64,000 nucleotides of DNA, from NCBI GenBank assembly GCA_016748015.1, contig JAAOMT010000003.1, positions 996,373 through 1,060,372 on the forward strand, written 5' to 3'. The notes below the pieces were generated by a model that was not told where the DNA came from, ran no database searches, and worked only from the letters and a program-made list of their open reading frames with translations. Shown piece by piece: positions 1 through 12,124 of this stretch; the stretch's first letter is position 1, and every line of letters starts with the position of its first letter. The position numbers were made by a program, and so were the translations under genes. Source of the DNA: Geosiphon pyriformis uo1. Taxonomy: Eukaryota; Fungi; Glomeromycota.

Positions 1-6
1 ACTGTT

Positions 7-88
7 TAACAATAAGCATATTGTCAAAAAATTATGACATATTACTTAACAATAAGCATATTGTCAAAAAAAATAAGACATATTGCTC
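7..88 (+). repeat. Imperfect tandem duplication of a ~40-bp unit
   Basis: TAACAATAAGCATATTGTCAAAAAA(TTAT/AATAA)GACATATT occurs twice in tandem (starts at 7 and 47). Confidence 0.7.
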
Positions 89-740
89 AAGAAAATATAA
101 GATTTTATATATAATAAAAGTATTAAAAATAGAAAAAGTAATTCCAGAAGAATTTAATAAAGTTCATATTAATTTAGAACAATACTTCTTTCTTTAAAAA
201 ATAGTTTTTTACAACTTGAAATGAAATTATTTTTATATTAATAAAATTATCTATTATCATTGAATCCATATTATTATCATTTAATTAAGAATATTAATTA
301 CTTTTGTCACTATTAACACTTTATATTAATAAAATCCAATATTTAACTATATTAGAACAATAGCTCTTGATTATGACTATTAACAGAATACTAATTTTTT
401 ATTTTTTTTTATTTTATTTTTTTTATTTTTTATTTTTTTGTTGTTTATTAATTAATTAAAAAGATTAAGCACTAAGTATTTGACATTAAAAATAGTCTGA
501 TAAAAGACCCAAAAATAAAAGTAAAAATTTAAGAATAGCTTATTAAAAAAGCATAACTGTCAAAATAAACTAGTCATCATATTAAAAAAAAAAATTTATG
601 AAAAAAATTATTAATTGAATCTTTGTCCATTATACAAAAAACTTAATCAAAATCTTCAGAAATAATTAACTTTACCAACCATTAAATACCAAGTTATGAG
701 TTTGTTATTTGTTTCAATACTTTAAATAATCATTTATAAT

Positions 741-1045
741 ACTGGTTTATTATTAAAAACTTTAAAACTTTTAAAAAGAATAAAAACAATATTTGAACTA
801 ATCTGTATGTATTTCTTGAAAAAAACTTTAATTAAAAAAAATTACTAGTTAAAGATAAAAAAATGTCTTAGAAACTGCTTTTAATAATTTATTATTACTA
901 ATATTTAAGAAAAATATTACCAAGATATTTTGTTTAATTGTTTTAATAATAAAAAAATCTTCTTTTATTAAAATTTTATTAGTTATTATAAAAAAAGCAA
1001 TATTTGAAACTTTTTTACTTTTTGTTTTAATTATGGTCATAAAAA
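741..1045 (-). pseudogene. Extremely AT-mutated relic of an older LINE ORF1 5' region (copy a)
   Basis: ORF 849..1040 (MTIIKTKSKKVSNIAFFIITNKILIK...KQNILVIFFLN) aligns by eye with ORF 54671..54856 and with 63609..63930; the downstream KVxxKKxI...KxFNNKxV block is shared by all three. Confidence 0.6.
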
Positions 1046-1851
1046 TAGGAAAAAAAAAGTATATTAATATTAATATTAAAAAAATTTTTTTAAATATTTT
1101 TATATTTGTTTAAAAAAACAGCTTATAAAAAAATTGTTTTTATTTTTAGATTAAATAAAATTATTATAATAAAAAAATAATATAATTGAAAAATTAATGT
1201 AAAATTTACATATATATAATTAAATTAAAAAAAATTAATAGTCAAAATAAAAATATTAATAAAAAAATTGAATTACATATTTGTATTTTGGTTTTTTTGG
1301 TAATTATACATAAATATAAATAATTAATTTACTATTTACTTATTTAAAAAAAATTAATAGATTTATTATACTATAATACAATAAAACCAAAAAAAAATTT
1401 AACAATAAAAACATTTAATTATTTTAATAAATTGTTTTATAATAAAATAAAATAAATTAAGTTAATATTATTAAATTATAAAAATAAACAATAATTATTA
1501 AATTAATATAATTAACATAAAAAATATTAAAACAATTTAAAATATTAAAAAAAAATTATAATATTAATATAAATTAAAATTAAAATATAGTATTATTAAT
1601 TAAAATTTAGTTTAAAAACTTTTCTAAATTTTTTTTAATTTTATTATCAACATAGAATTTTTTTATTGTTTAATATTTACAATTTAATAAATTGTTTTAT
1701 GTTTTAAAATATAATTTAATTATAAAAAAACTTCTTTCTCTCTTACTTCCACAAACCCTCAAAAAGCGCTTTTCTGATAAAGAAGTTTTTTTTTTATTTT
1801 TATTTCTCTTATTAGTATTTCACAATTTCTCTTTCTAATAACCCATTTTTC

Positions 1852-3762
1852 ATGGATCTGGAGACTGTCTCTAATAGCAACATGTCTAAAAAAAAGGCAC
1901 CAAAGGGTGCTTTTTATAGTCCTGCTGGTGATTTCTTCTTACAAAAGAAGAAAGTCATGTTTGGGAATGTTAAACACTCAGGTGATGAAAAGGATATTTC
2001 TCTGAACAGATCTGAGCTTGGTAACAGTATGTATTCTGATGTGGATAGTGTGTCTGGTAACGAGGAAAGTGCTAACATGACTGGCATTAATGTTGGGTCT
2101 CTTCTGGATTCTGCCGCCAATACTCCTAAAGCCAAGCGTGTTAATACTGGTGCTGTTTTCGGTTTATTTCTTGGTTCCCCTAATTTTGTTATGAATGATG
2201 ATGAAGATGTTTCTCTTTTTCCTTGCCTTTTAATCCCTCTGGAAAAAAAATGGATTGACTCTAAAATTGTTAAGACTCAGGTTGAAGTGTTGGTCAAGAA
2301 ATTATTTGCTTTAAACATCAATCTTTTGGCTGTGGAAGGGAAATTGGCTATGTCAAAAACTCAGTTTGTTAGAAAATTATTTTCGAAAATCAATGGTTTT
2401 GGGGGGGCCACTACCCCCTCAAAATTTGAAGGGATTATCTGATCAATGTTTACTTCTGAGAAGAGCATGAGGAAAGCTGCATCATTGGCCAAACAAGAAG
2501 GGATTGTTGTAAACAATGATGTGAGGAAACAAGGAATTCATTTAGATCGGGCTGTAGTAATAAAGGAAATTTCCATGAATACACCAAAGGGTATGATTGT
2601 TACAGCTCTTTCTGAGTTTGGTTAAGTAGTGTCAATCCAATTGCAACTCATTAAGCTGTGACAGAAGGCTGTAGTGAAGTTTGCTGAATCGAGTCAAGCA
2701 GATCTGCTGGCAACTAGGTGGTTATTCTTGATCAGAAAAGATTCAGTGCGCATGGCCAAAGCTGTGGGAGATTGTGAGACATAGGCATCAAGGGATCAGT
2801 TCAGGGTGCTTTTGTTTACTTTGCCTGTGGGTACAACTGCGCATGATTTTGGAAATCTTTTGGAAGAGGCTAGTGGGAAGACATGTGTCATTAATCAGTT
2901 ATTAGAAAGTGGCAATAGGACTCACTGTGCTGTGGTTGGCTTTAAGTCTGATGAAATGTTGGAGTCGGCTTTTTGCACAGTTCCAATTCTTGGTAGAGTA
3001 AAGTTTTCTTGGGCTAGATTGGGTCTTATTTAGTGTGATAGACATGGGAAGCTTGGTTATTCAGTTTTGGAGTGTGATGCTGAGATTGCTTTCACTCTCA
3101 AGCCTCCAAAATCATTTATAAAGCAGATTACTTTGGATGAGAATTGTCTCCAACTTGCCAAGTTGTATGTAAAAAAGAGTGTTCCTATCTCTTACCCAGC
3201 TGCCTTTGGTGGTAAATCGTGGGCTCAGGTTATTTCTTCTGCATCTATGTCTTTTGGTCTTTTTGTTGATTCTGAGTTGAGTCTCTTTTCCTCTAGTGGT
3301 CTGGGTTCTGATGGTCTGCCTCCTTCTACTTTCTTGCTTAACTCTGCTTTGAATGAATGCTTGTCATCTTTGGAACAATTTTTGGGGCTTCTGTCAGACC
3401 AAGTATCATGTATACTAAAATGCCTAGATGGTACCAAGTTGGTGTCTTTGGTGTCTGTTTCAAATGGAACCCCAGCTGTGTCTGTCTCTCAACCTCTTGC
3501 TTCAGTACTGTCTGTGGTTGCAAATTCAAATTCCCTTTCTGATATAGTTTTGGATAGTCCAGATAGTCTTTTTAATACCCCCCTCCTTATTGCTACTGAT
3601 GGTCCAGTTCTTGGCTCAAGCAGTTCTAAGGTCTTAACTTTCAAGTTGGGCAGTCTTGAATCTAAATTTGTGGCTCTGGAAGTTTTGGTAAATTCTATTT
3701 TGGTAAGATTTGATCAGTTGTTTGCTGGTTTGGGGTCATCATTGTCTTTCAAGTCTCAATGA
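1852..3762 (+). pseudogene. LINE ORF1 (RRM-like region, CCHC knuckle remnant, C-terminal coiled-coil-like segment), disrupted by stops
   Basis: ORF fragments 1852-2442, 2806-3033 and 3067-3762 share one frame, broken by TGA/TAA/TAG at Arg/Gln/Trp positions; CDRHGKLGYSVLEC knuckle remnant; GGKSWAQV motif. Confidence 0.85.
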
Positions 3763-6700
3763 ACAGTTTGGTTTGGAAAGTTGCAATGTGTAATGTTAGA
3801 GGAATGAACAATCCTGCAAAACAGGATGATATTATTTATTGGCATAAGGAAATGAACAATGTGATTTCGATTGTTACTAAAACTAAGTTGAAAAGTAAAA
3901 TCCATTCTTGGATTATGGACAAGTTTGATAACATTTGGGTTTTTACTTCTGGTTTGGAATCTGGTTATCTGAATTCTGGGGTTGCAATTATTATGAGCAA
4001 TTTTTTGGCTCGGCATGTCTACAAAGTTTTGGATATTCCTGGCTGGCTTCTTTTTCTCAGGCTCCTTTTCAAAAATAATTTTTCTGTATCAGTTTTGGGG
4101 CTGTATGCTGGAGCTTCTCTGGCAGTTCATTTTTCTCAGGCAGATAATGTTAATTCTCTGATTGTAAGAGCAGTGAATGAGTCCTCTTTCGTCATCCTGG
4201 GTGGTGATTTCAATGAAGATAGTTCTCACAAAAGTGCAAGTTTCAAAAAGTGTTTTTGATTTAGGTTTGATTAACTCCTTGGGTGGGAGCTCATATGGAA
4301 AGGAAGCTACGTGAAACAATTCTCAGGAAGTTGCCAAAACTATTGACTATGTGTTTGTGTTGTCGAATCTCATTAATGTGATTTTAGATTGTGGTGTGGC
4401 TGGTGTTAAAGAGTTTTTCGATACTGATCATAGGGCTGTTTTTGTTTCTGTGGGTCTTGGTGGTTTGCTGGATGTGCAATTAAACTCATTGCATAAACAA
4501 GCCAACAGAGATTGTTGGAAGTTTAATGTTAATAATGCTGATAGGGTAAAATAGTGCAAATTTAGAGATGCAATGGCTGCTAATGCTGCTATGCTTTCAG
4601 ATGACTTTGCTGTGACTAAAAAATTATCAGATATGAATTCAATGTGGGACATTGTTCGCAAAATTTTGGTTCTGTCAGCTATTGGGACGTTTAAAAAGAA
4701 GTGGTTCAAGAGTTTTAATTGTGTTTTTACCAAGGTGTTCTCTAAGTTTCATAAGCTGGAGCTTCTGGTTTTCAAGCTGGTGAAGGCTTCTCATGAGTTA
4801 TCTAGTGACAATTTTAAGCAATTATTGGAAGTATGAATCAAAATTGATCCTGGTAGTATTGCAGTGACTAATTTTCTTTTTCTCTTGAGTTCTAATTTTG
4901 ATGCTGTCTGTTCTTCATTGGCTAAGGCTAGAAAATTTTACTGCTTCTCCAAGCTGTTGGAGTTCAGACATGCTGAGAAATCTCGAATTAAACAAGCTAT
5001 TGATAGAAGAATAGAGGGTTTTGAATTAGATAAAGATTATACTATTAGGAGTGTTTTGGAGCGACCCTTTCAAAAAGTGGTTTTGGATCATCTAGTGGTC
5101 GATAAATAGTTGATTTTGGAGCCTAAGCCAGTTAGATCTAAGGTGGATGAAATTATGGAGGATTGGACTAGAAAGTGTGTAGTGGTCTCTGACATCTCTA
5201 ATGATTGGGCTCAACAATATTTGTCTTTGAGTTATGTTTTCGATGAAGCCTTTTCTAATGTGATGGGTTTGATTGATTTTGATGAGATGTCCATTGTTAT
5301 TTCGAATTTGCCTGACAGAAAAGCAGCTGGTCTCTCTGGCATCTCAAATGAGTTGTGGAAACATTGTGATAAATCAGTTTTGGATATGCTTTTGGTGCTC
5401 TTGAATTTCTGTTTGGCTCACGAATCAGTGCCTGGGCCTTGGAAGGAAGCTTGGGTCTCTATGATTCCCAAACCTTACGAATAGAAGAGTGTTCTTACGA
5501 ATACTTGTCCTATTGTTTTGATTGAAACAGCTTGCAAAGTTCTCTCCAAAATTCTTTCCGATAGGATTTCTCTAGCTTGCAGTAATTTTGACGTTTTTCG
5601 TGGTGACAATTTCTCAGTTTTAAGGGGTACTTCAACTCATTCCCCTATTTTTGCTGTGGGTTTGATAGTTGAGGATGCTTTGGAAAAGAACCGGGAGCTT
5701 TGATTGGTTTTACAGGACATGCAAAAAGCATACGATTCTGTTGGATAGAAGCATCTTGAAAAAAGTTTAGTTAGAATCAAGATGTATAGCAAGTTTATTC
5801 ATTTCTTTGAAAGTATTCATAGAGGTCGCACAAATCGGGTTATGACTGATTTTGGGCTGACTAATGGGTATCAGATGCATGATGGTTTGAACCAAGAAGA
5901 GGTCTTCTCTTCTCTCCTTTGGCATATATTTTACGATCCTCTTCTGTGTGAGGTCAAATGACAGGAAAGTATGTACGGATACAGATTGAACTCTTATTTT
6001 ATCTCTAAGACTGGTCATGCTGAATTTAGGGCTGAACATTCTTCTTTTTTTGCTGTTGGTGTCTTTGTGAATGATACAATCTGGATTGACAGCAGTCAGG
6101 TTGCTACTCAGCATATTCTTAATGTGGCCAGTGAGTTTTTTCAGATAAATGATATATCTATTAATAATGATAAGACAGTTGCCATTCCAATCAATTGCTG
6201 AGTTAACACTCCATTTCTTTTCATTAGTGGTTCTCCAATCTTTATTGCTAAAAAGGGCGAATCTCATCATTATCTGGGTATCTTTCTGTTTACTGAAGGT
6301 TTTTCTAAACCAAGTTTGGCCAAAGCTCACTCAAATGTTAGATTTTTTACCAATCTTGTGCTGAAAAAGGCCATCTCGAATAAACAGTTTTCTTATTTGG
6401 TTTCTTCAGTTTTTCATCCTATTGTTTATTACAGGACTCAGTTCAGTTTTGTTCCCTTAAGTGTATGCAACAAATGGGATACTTTGATCCGTAAGGGTTT
6501 AAAATCGAAATCTGGCCTGCCTCTTGACTTCCCCAATGATGTGTTTCATTATCCCTCCTTGTATGGTCTTAAAACTTTTAAACAAATTCAGGCTGAAAGC
6601 AAGCTAGCTTTGGTTGTAAGCTTTGTGAATTCTGTTGGTATCTTGGATCATCTATTCTCTCACAGAGCACATAATTTACAAGTTCTCAGTTAGCATTCAC

Positions 6701-8448
6701 TACATCCTTTGTGTTTTTCTGCTCGTGTTAAAATACTCTTTTTAAACAATTTTCTGGCTGGCATAGTCCATATTTTCCTCAATTATAATTTGTTCTTTAG
6801 TGATTCTATGGCCAGTGCTTTTCATTTTCAGAATGGGATCCTCTTGTCAAGTGTTCTTGGTGAATCATGTTTCGTTAGTTGTCAGTTGTCACTATGACGC
6901 TATGGTATTGTTTTTGTGGAACAGCTTTTTTGTCATAATGGCTCAATTTTTGATTGGCATATCTTCAAATGGTGGAAGAAATTAGACCCCCATGGTCTCA
7001 TTCCTTGCTGGTTTGATCTCGCTGTTGATTTTTTTAGGTGCTCAGCTTTGTTCTCTTCATTCTCTCATGTTGTGGACAATCTCGGACTTTTAAATATTTT
7101 GAAATCTAGTCAGTTTGATACGGTTCACAATAATCTGCTTGGTGTAGAAGCTAATAGTCTCTCTGTATACACGGATGGTTCTGTGGCTGGTCTGGGGACT
7201 ACTGGCATGAAAGCTGGAGCTGCAGCTTTTTTTGAGAATGTTGGTATAGGTCTGGGGATCGAAGTTTCTGGTTTGGTTTCTTCAACTCTGGTAGAATTAC
7301 AAGTCATTGCCTTGGCTCTCAAGTGTGTTTCCCCTTTTAGTTCGGTCGATTTATTTTCTAATAGTCAAGCTGCCTTGGATGCATGCAAGTCGGAATTGGT
7401 TTTGGTGCATCCAGAGTTTCGTAATTGTTACTGGATTGAGTGTCATTACATAAAGAACATTATTCGGACTAAAAACTTAAATGTTGTCTGGTGTAAAATA
7501 AAAGATCATTCTGGTGTTTTAGGCAACAATGTCGCAGATGTGCTTGCCAACTCAGCTTCTTCTTCTGGATGCTTTCTTTCTCCTCATCTTAAAGAACATT
7601 TTATCTTGGCTGACAGCTGTATGGTTTTTGGTAATGCTAAGCATTTTGCTCGTGATATCTTTCAGTCCATTCATTGTACGTGTTGGAAGGTTGGTTCTGG
7701 TTCAAGGGTTGTTGTGGATAATTTGTTGGCTAATATAGATTGGTACAGGTCTTCTTTTGTGTAGCATTCTGACTTACACATGGCTGCTGGTTTTACGAGC
7801 AAATGCACTGCTGATGCTTGCTTATATTTTATGAAGGCTCTACACCATCAGTTGCTGGTTGCTGTTTGTAAATGTCTTTATAACAAGTGTTACCCTAGTG
7901 TGGTGTGTCTTTTTTGTGGTGATGTTAAGATTTCTGATCATGTGTTTACATGCATTTTTGACATGGCTGTTCATGCTCATTTATTGGATTTTCATGCAGC
8001 TATCTGGAAGTCTCTCTCTGGTCTTGCGTGGTCTTCTTCATGTGTTATGCAGTTAATGTTGCCTGGTGCTTCCAATGGGGCAGTGTTCACTGCTCTCTGT
8101 AAAGGTGTTGTTTTCAATGGTTGGTTCTTAAAAGCTGTTTCCATTTTTGGTGACTCTAAGATTGCAGGCCATTTGGTGGTCGATTTTGTGCAGGATTTTT
8201 GTCTAGCTTTTAGAGACAAAATTTGGTTGGTCCATGTTAAGCATCGCACTCTCATGAAGAAGAATGAATTGATTCCAAAGGATGGTTCCATGTCTGTTTC
8301 TGTGTTTGAGCTTTCTACTACTTTTTTTGCTGGTGTGGTTAAGTTATTAGGTATATCTGAAGCTTTTGGTGTTAGTTCTGGGTTGTGTAAGACTTGTTTG
8401 TTTTTTTCTGGCATAGGAAATCTAACTTCTGTTCATATAGACATTTAG
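3759..8448 (+). pseudogene. LINE ORF2 (APE endonuclease, reverse transcriptase, RNase H, CCHC zinc finger), disrupted
   Basis: CNVRG, GGDFN, IDY and TDH (APE); KAAGLSG, LQDMQKAYDSV, FVNDTIW (RT); VYTDGS, VELQVI, KIKDHSG..GN..AD (RNase H); CLFC..KISDHVFTC. Confidence 0.92.
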
Positions 8449-9181
8449 TGTTGTCCTGATCAGCCTGAGTGGCTGGTTACATGTAGAAAAAGCATGATTC
8501 ATACCTAGTTTAGATCATTTAGTTTAATGTATTGTACTAGATAGTGTTTGGACCTTGCTCATTAAAACTTAATAAAAAAAAAAATTAATTATAATCTATT
8601 TTATATAATTTAATTATTATATATTAGAATAAATTATGCTAAAAATAATACATAATTAATTATTTAATTTAATTAAAACTATTTTAAATTAAATATAAAT
8701 AATAAATTCTGTGCTTTTATTTTATTAATATAATTTAAACAATTAATATTTTTAATTTTAAAATATTAAAAATTTTACAAAATTATTAATAAACCAAATA
8801 TGTTTTTATTTACAAAAAATATAAAGTATTTTGTATAATTAAAAAAATTATTAAATAAAGAGAAAAAAAGTAGCAAATTTTTGATTTTTTAAAGCAATTA
8901 ATAATATTTTTATTAATAAAATATTTGTAATTACTAAATTTACTATTACTTATAAAGTAATATAAAAAATAATTAATAATTAAATATAATATAAATTAGT
9001 TAATTATATAATAAAAATAATTAAATAATATACTATTAAAAATTTTATAAAAAGTTAAAAATTCTAAAAATACTAAAAATTTCAAAAATACTAAAATATT
9101 ATTAAAAATATCAAAAATATGCCAAAAATTTTATCAATAAATTAAAAAAAGTAAAAATAACTAAGAATTTCAAAATATTTT

Positions 9182-9229
9182 TTATTTTTTTTTATTTTTT
9201 TTATTAACATTTTATGAGTGAGGTCCAAA
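9182..9229 (-). mobile_element. Ultra-truncated LINE insertion (last ~25 nt of 3' UTR plus A-rich tail) with 11-bp TSD
   Basis: Reverse complement reads TTTGGACCTCACTCATAAAATGTTAATAAAAA..., matching the LINE 3' terminus (copy 1: TTTGGACCTTGCTCATTAAAACTTAATAAAA). CAAAATATTTT is repeated at 9171-9181 and 9230-9240. Confidence 0.75.
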
Positions 9230-9267
9230 CAAAATATTTTATATAATAAAAGTTATATATATATATT

Positions 9268-9570
9268 NNNNNNNNNNNNNNNNNNNNNNNNNNNNNNNNN
9301 NNNNNNNNNNNNNNNNNNNNNNNNNNNNNNNNNNNNNNNNNNNNNNNNNNNNNNNNNNNNNNNNNNNNNNNNNNNNNNNNNNNNNNNNNNNNNNNNNNNN
9401 NNNNNNNNNNNNNNNNNNNNNNNNNNNNNNNNNNNNNNNNNNNNNNNNNNNNNNNNNNNNNNNNNNNNNNNNNNNNNNNNNNNNNNNNNNNNNNNNNNNN
9501 NNNNNNNNNNNNNNNNNNNNNNNNNNNNNNNNNNNNNNNNNNNNNNNNNNNNNNNNNNNNNNNNNNNNNN
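9268..9570. other. Assembly gap (run of N)
   Basis: Continuous N run. Confidence 1.
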
Positions 9571-10165
9571 AAATATTGTTATTTAAATTAAATTTGTTAA
9601 TTTTATTTGTTTATTTATTATAAAAATGTTAAACTTTTAGTAGTTTTAAGTTTATGTTTTTTTTTTATTGCTTTGTAAAATATATTTAAAAATGGTTTAA
9701 TTACTAATATTAAAAATATTTTTGATGTTTTTAATAAAGTTTTTTAATACAATTATAACTATTTTATTTATTAATTAATTTTAATAATAAAAAATAATGT
9801 AAATTTTTTATATTAATTAAAAAATTTATTATAATATATTTAAGATTAAATTAATTTATTTTTTTGGTTATATTATTTTTAAAATTAGCAAATTAGATTT
9901 TTAAATTTATAATTATATCTGTATTATTTTATTTTTTGATAATTAAAATATGTAATTATTATATTTTATTTACAAATTAATTTAAATATTATAATTATTA
10001 AAATTAATAGTCAAAAAAAATAAGATTATTAAAAAGTTTATCTTTCTTTTGTTGATCCTTTGATTACAACAAGAGCTTCATTTTTTCGAAGAAGTAAATT
10101 TTTCTTCCTTCCTTATCCCTATAAGTTTTGTAGTTATTTTTTCCAATGTACCTTTGTTTATAGAT

Positions 10166-12124
10166 ATGGATCCAGTAGGCTTTTCTACTGGTGGGTCAAT
10201 GTCTATTTTGGCTGGATTGGGGATCTGGTCAGGTGTCAAAACCAAGTGTCAGGTGAATGTTTATTCATGAAATACATCTTATAAAAAACCCAAGAAATTT
10301 GTTGTTGCTAACAGTGTTGTTGAGACATCTGCTGGCCCTCTGGTTCTTATGGATATGCTTACTGATAGTAACAAGCCTGTGAGATCGTGGAACAGTAAAG
10401 TAAACAGTGAAGCAAGCAGTATTAGTGGCATTTCAGATCTGGAAAACATGAAAGATATGATTGTGGAAGAAACAAATTACATTGATTCAAATGCTTTGGA
10501 AGTTGATGATGAAATAGATGATGCTACTTTCAAGAAGACATATACTAGGACATATGTTTTAGATAGTAAGCCAAACAAGATTTCTTTCAATAATTTAAGT
10601 GATGGTGATGACAATGTTTTGACACTTCTGGCTTTTAAATTTTCTGGTGCTAAGCATTCGCTGGCTGCTGGGTTACGTGTCTTGAATAAATGCAATTTTG
10701 GGTCTGTCAAATTTTTCACACTTGATGTTAAATTGTTAGCCATACTTGAAAAGACAAATAGTAATAAAATAATGTCAATAAAAAAAATTTTCTATCAAAT
10801 TGATGGATTTGAGGGGGCGTCAACTCTCTCAAAATTTCCTGGGATTATCAGATCTTTTTTTACATCTGAATTGAGTCTAAAGAAGGCTAGGGAATTGACA
10901 ACTCATGAGAAAATTGTGGTAAATGTTGATGTTAAACAGATAAACAAACATTTGGATCAGGTAATTGTTGTTAAGGAAATTCCAGTTAATCTTTCTAAAT
11001 TGGCTGTAGAATCTGTTTTTTCTAAATTTGGAAAGATTGTATTAATCAAGATACAATTGATTGGCCTATGACAAAAAGCTTTAGTAGAATTTGAGTTATC
11101 TGAGATAGCTGATTTGGTTACAGTTAGATGGTCTGTTGTTATGGGAAAGAATCCAGTTCATGTGGTAAAAGTTATTGATGATAAACATATGTGGGTATCC
11201 AGAAATCAACACCGAGTTTTGCTTTATATTCTTCCAGTTGGTACTACAGTTCATGATCTTTTGGATTTGGTGAAGTCATATGGTGAGAAAACCTGTTTTA
11301 TTGGCTGTAATCCTAGCTCTTATGTGTGTGATAGATGTGCAATTATGTGCTTTGTTGATAAGGCATCTAAATTGGCTGCTATTGGTTCTGCTCTAGTGTT
11401 TAAGAGTATAAATTTATACTGGACTGGTCTTTTTTTGGTCCATTGTGCTCATTGTAAACAGTTTGGTCATATCTCTACAATGTGCTCATTGAGTAAAAAT
11501 TCTGGTATTCATGATAAGTAGGTGATTACTCCTCAGAATTGGGTTTATTTGGCCAACATATATAGAAAGAAGCAAGTGTCAATTGTTTGTCCAGTTTTTT
11601 TTTGGTGGGAAAACTTGGGCTCAGATTGCTGGTGGTTCTTCTTCTTATGTAGTTTCATTGGGTACTTTAGGATCTAATTCATCTTTGGGCACAAAGCCTG
11701 CACTAATGAATTCTAGTTTTTTTGGTGATTTCTATTTGGTTGATCAGTTAGCCTTTTTGAAATGCTTTTTAGAGCTTCTGATAGATCAGATTTCTGGTAT
11801 TATAAAAAAATTGAGTTTTGTGGAATTGGTGCCTCTGGCATCCAAATCCCTTATTTCTTCTCTGGTTGTTTTTGCATCTGTTGCATCCAATTTGGACTCT
11901 GATATGACTTTGGATGTCACAGCAGTGTTTTTTCTTCATCACTATTAATTATTGCTGACCCAGTTTCTGATCTTAGTCTGAGTAGTTCTAAAGTTTTGAC
12001 ATTCAAAGTAGGTGAATTGGAATCCAAAATAATGGCTTTGGAGGTGTCAGTTAAGTCTGTTTTAGAAAAATTGGATTGTTTGTGCTCTGGCTTGAGCTCG
12101 TCAACTTCTCTTATTCCTCAATAA
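10166..12124 (+). pseudogene. LINE ORF1, disrupted
   Basis: Fragments 10349-11071, 11114-11521 and 11583-11948; intact knuckle CAHCKQFGHISTMC; GGKTWAQI motif. Confidence 0.85.

Larger units (their letters stand above)
1724..8584 (+). mobile_element. Full-length degenerate LINE (non-LTR retrotransposon), copy 1
   Basis: 5' UTR with AAAACTTCTTT/AAAGAAGTTTT inverted repeat, ORF1, ORF2 (APE-RT-RNase H-CCHC), conserved 3' UTR and A-rich tail at ~8571-8584. Candidate low-complexity TSD TTAATTATA at 1716-1724 and 8585-8593. Confidence 0.93.

Noticed and set aside
1852-8448. Alternative genetic code (TGA=Trp) making the LINE ORFs intact
   Set aside because: TAG and TAA also interrupt, stop positions differ between copies, and the flippase is open in the standard code.
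8449-8570. Hammerhead ribozyme in the 3' UTR (CTGA...GAAA)
   Set aside because: The core is CUGAGUG rather than CUGANGA and sits in a hairpin loop, and GAAA is not conserved across copies.
9218-9586. 122-aa ORF
   Set aside because: Artefact of translating through the N gap.
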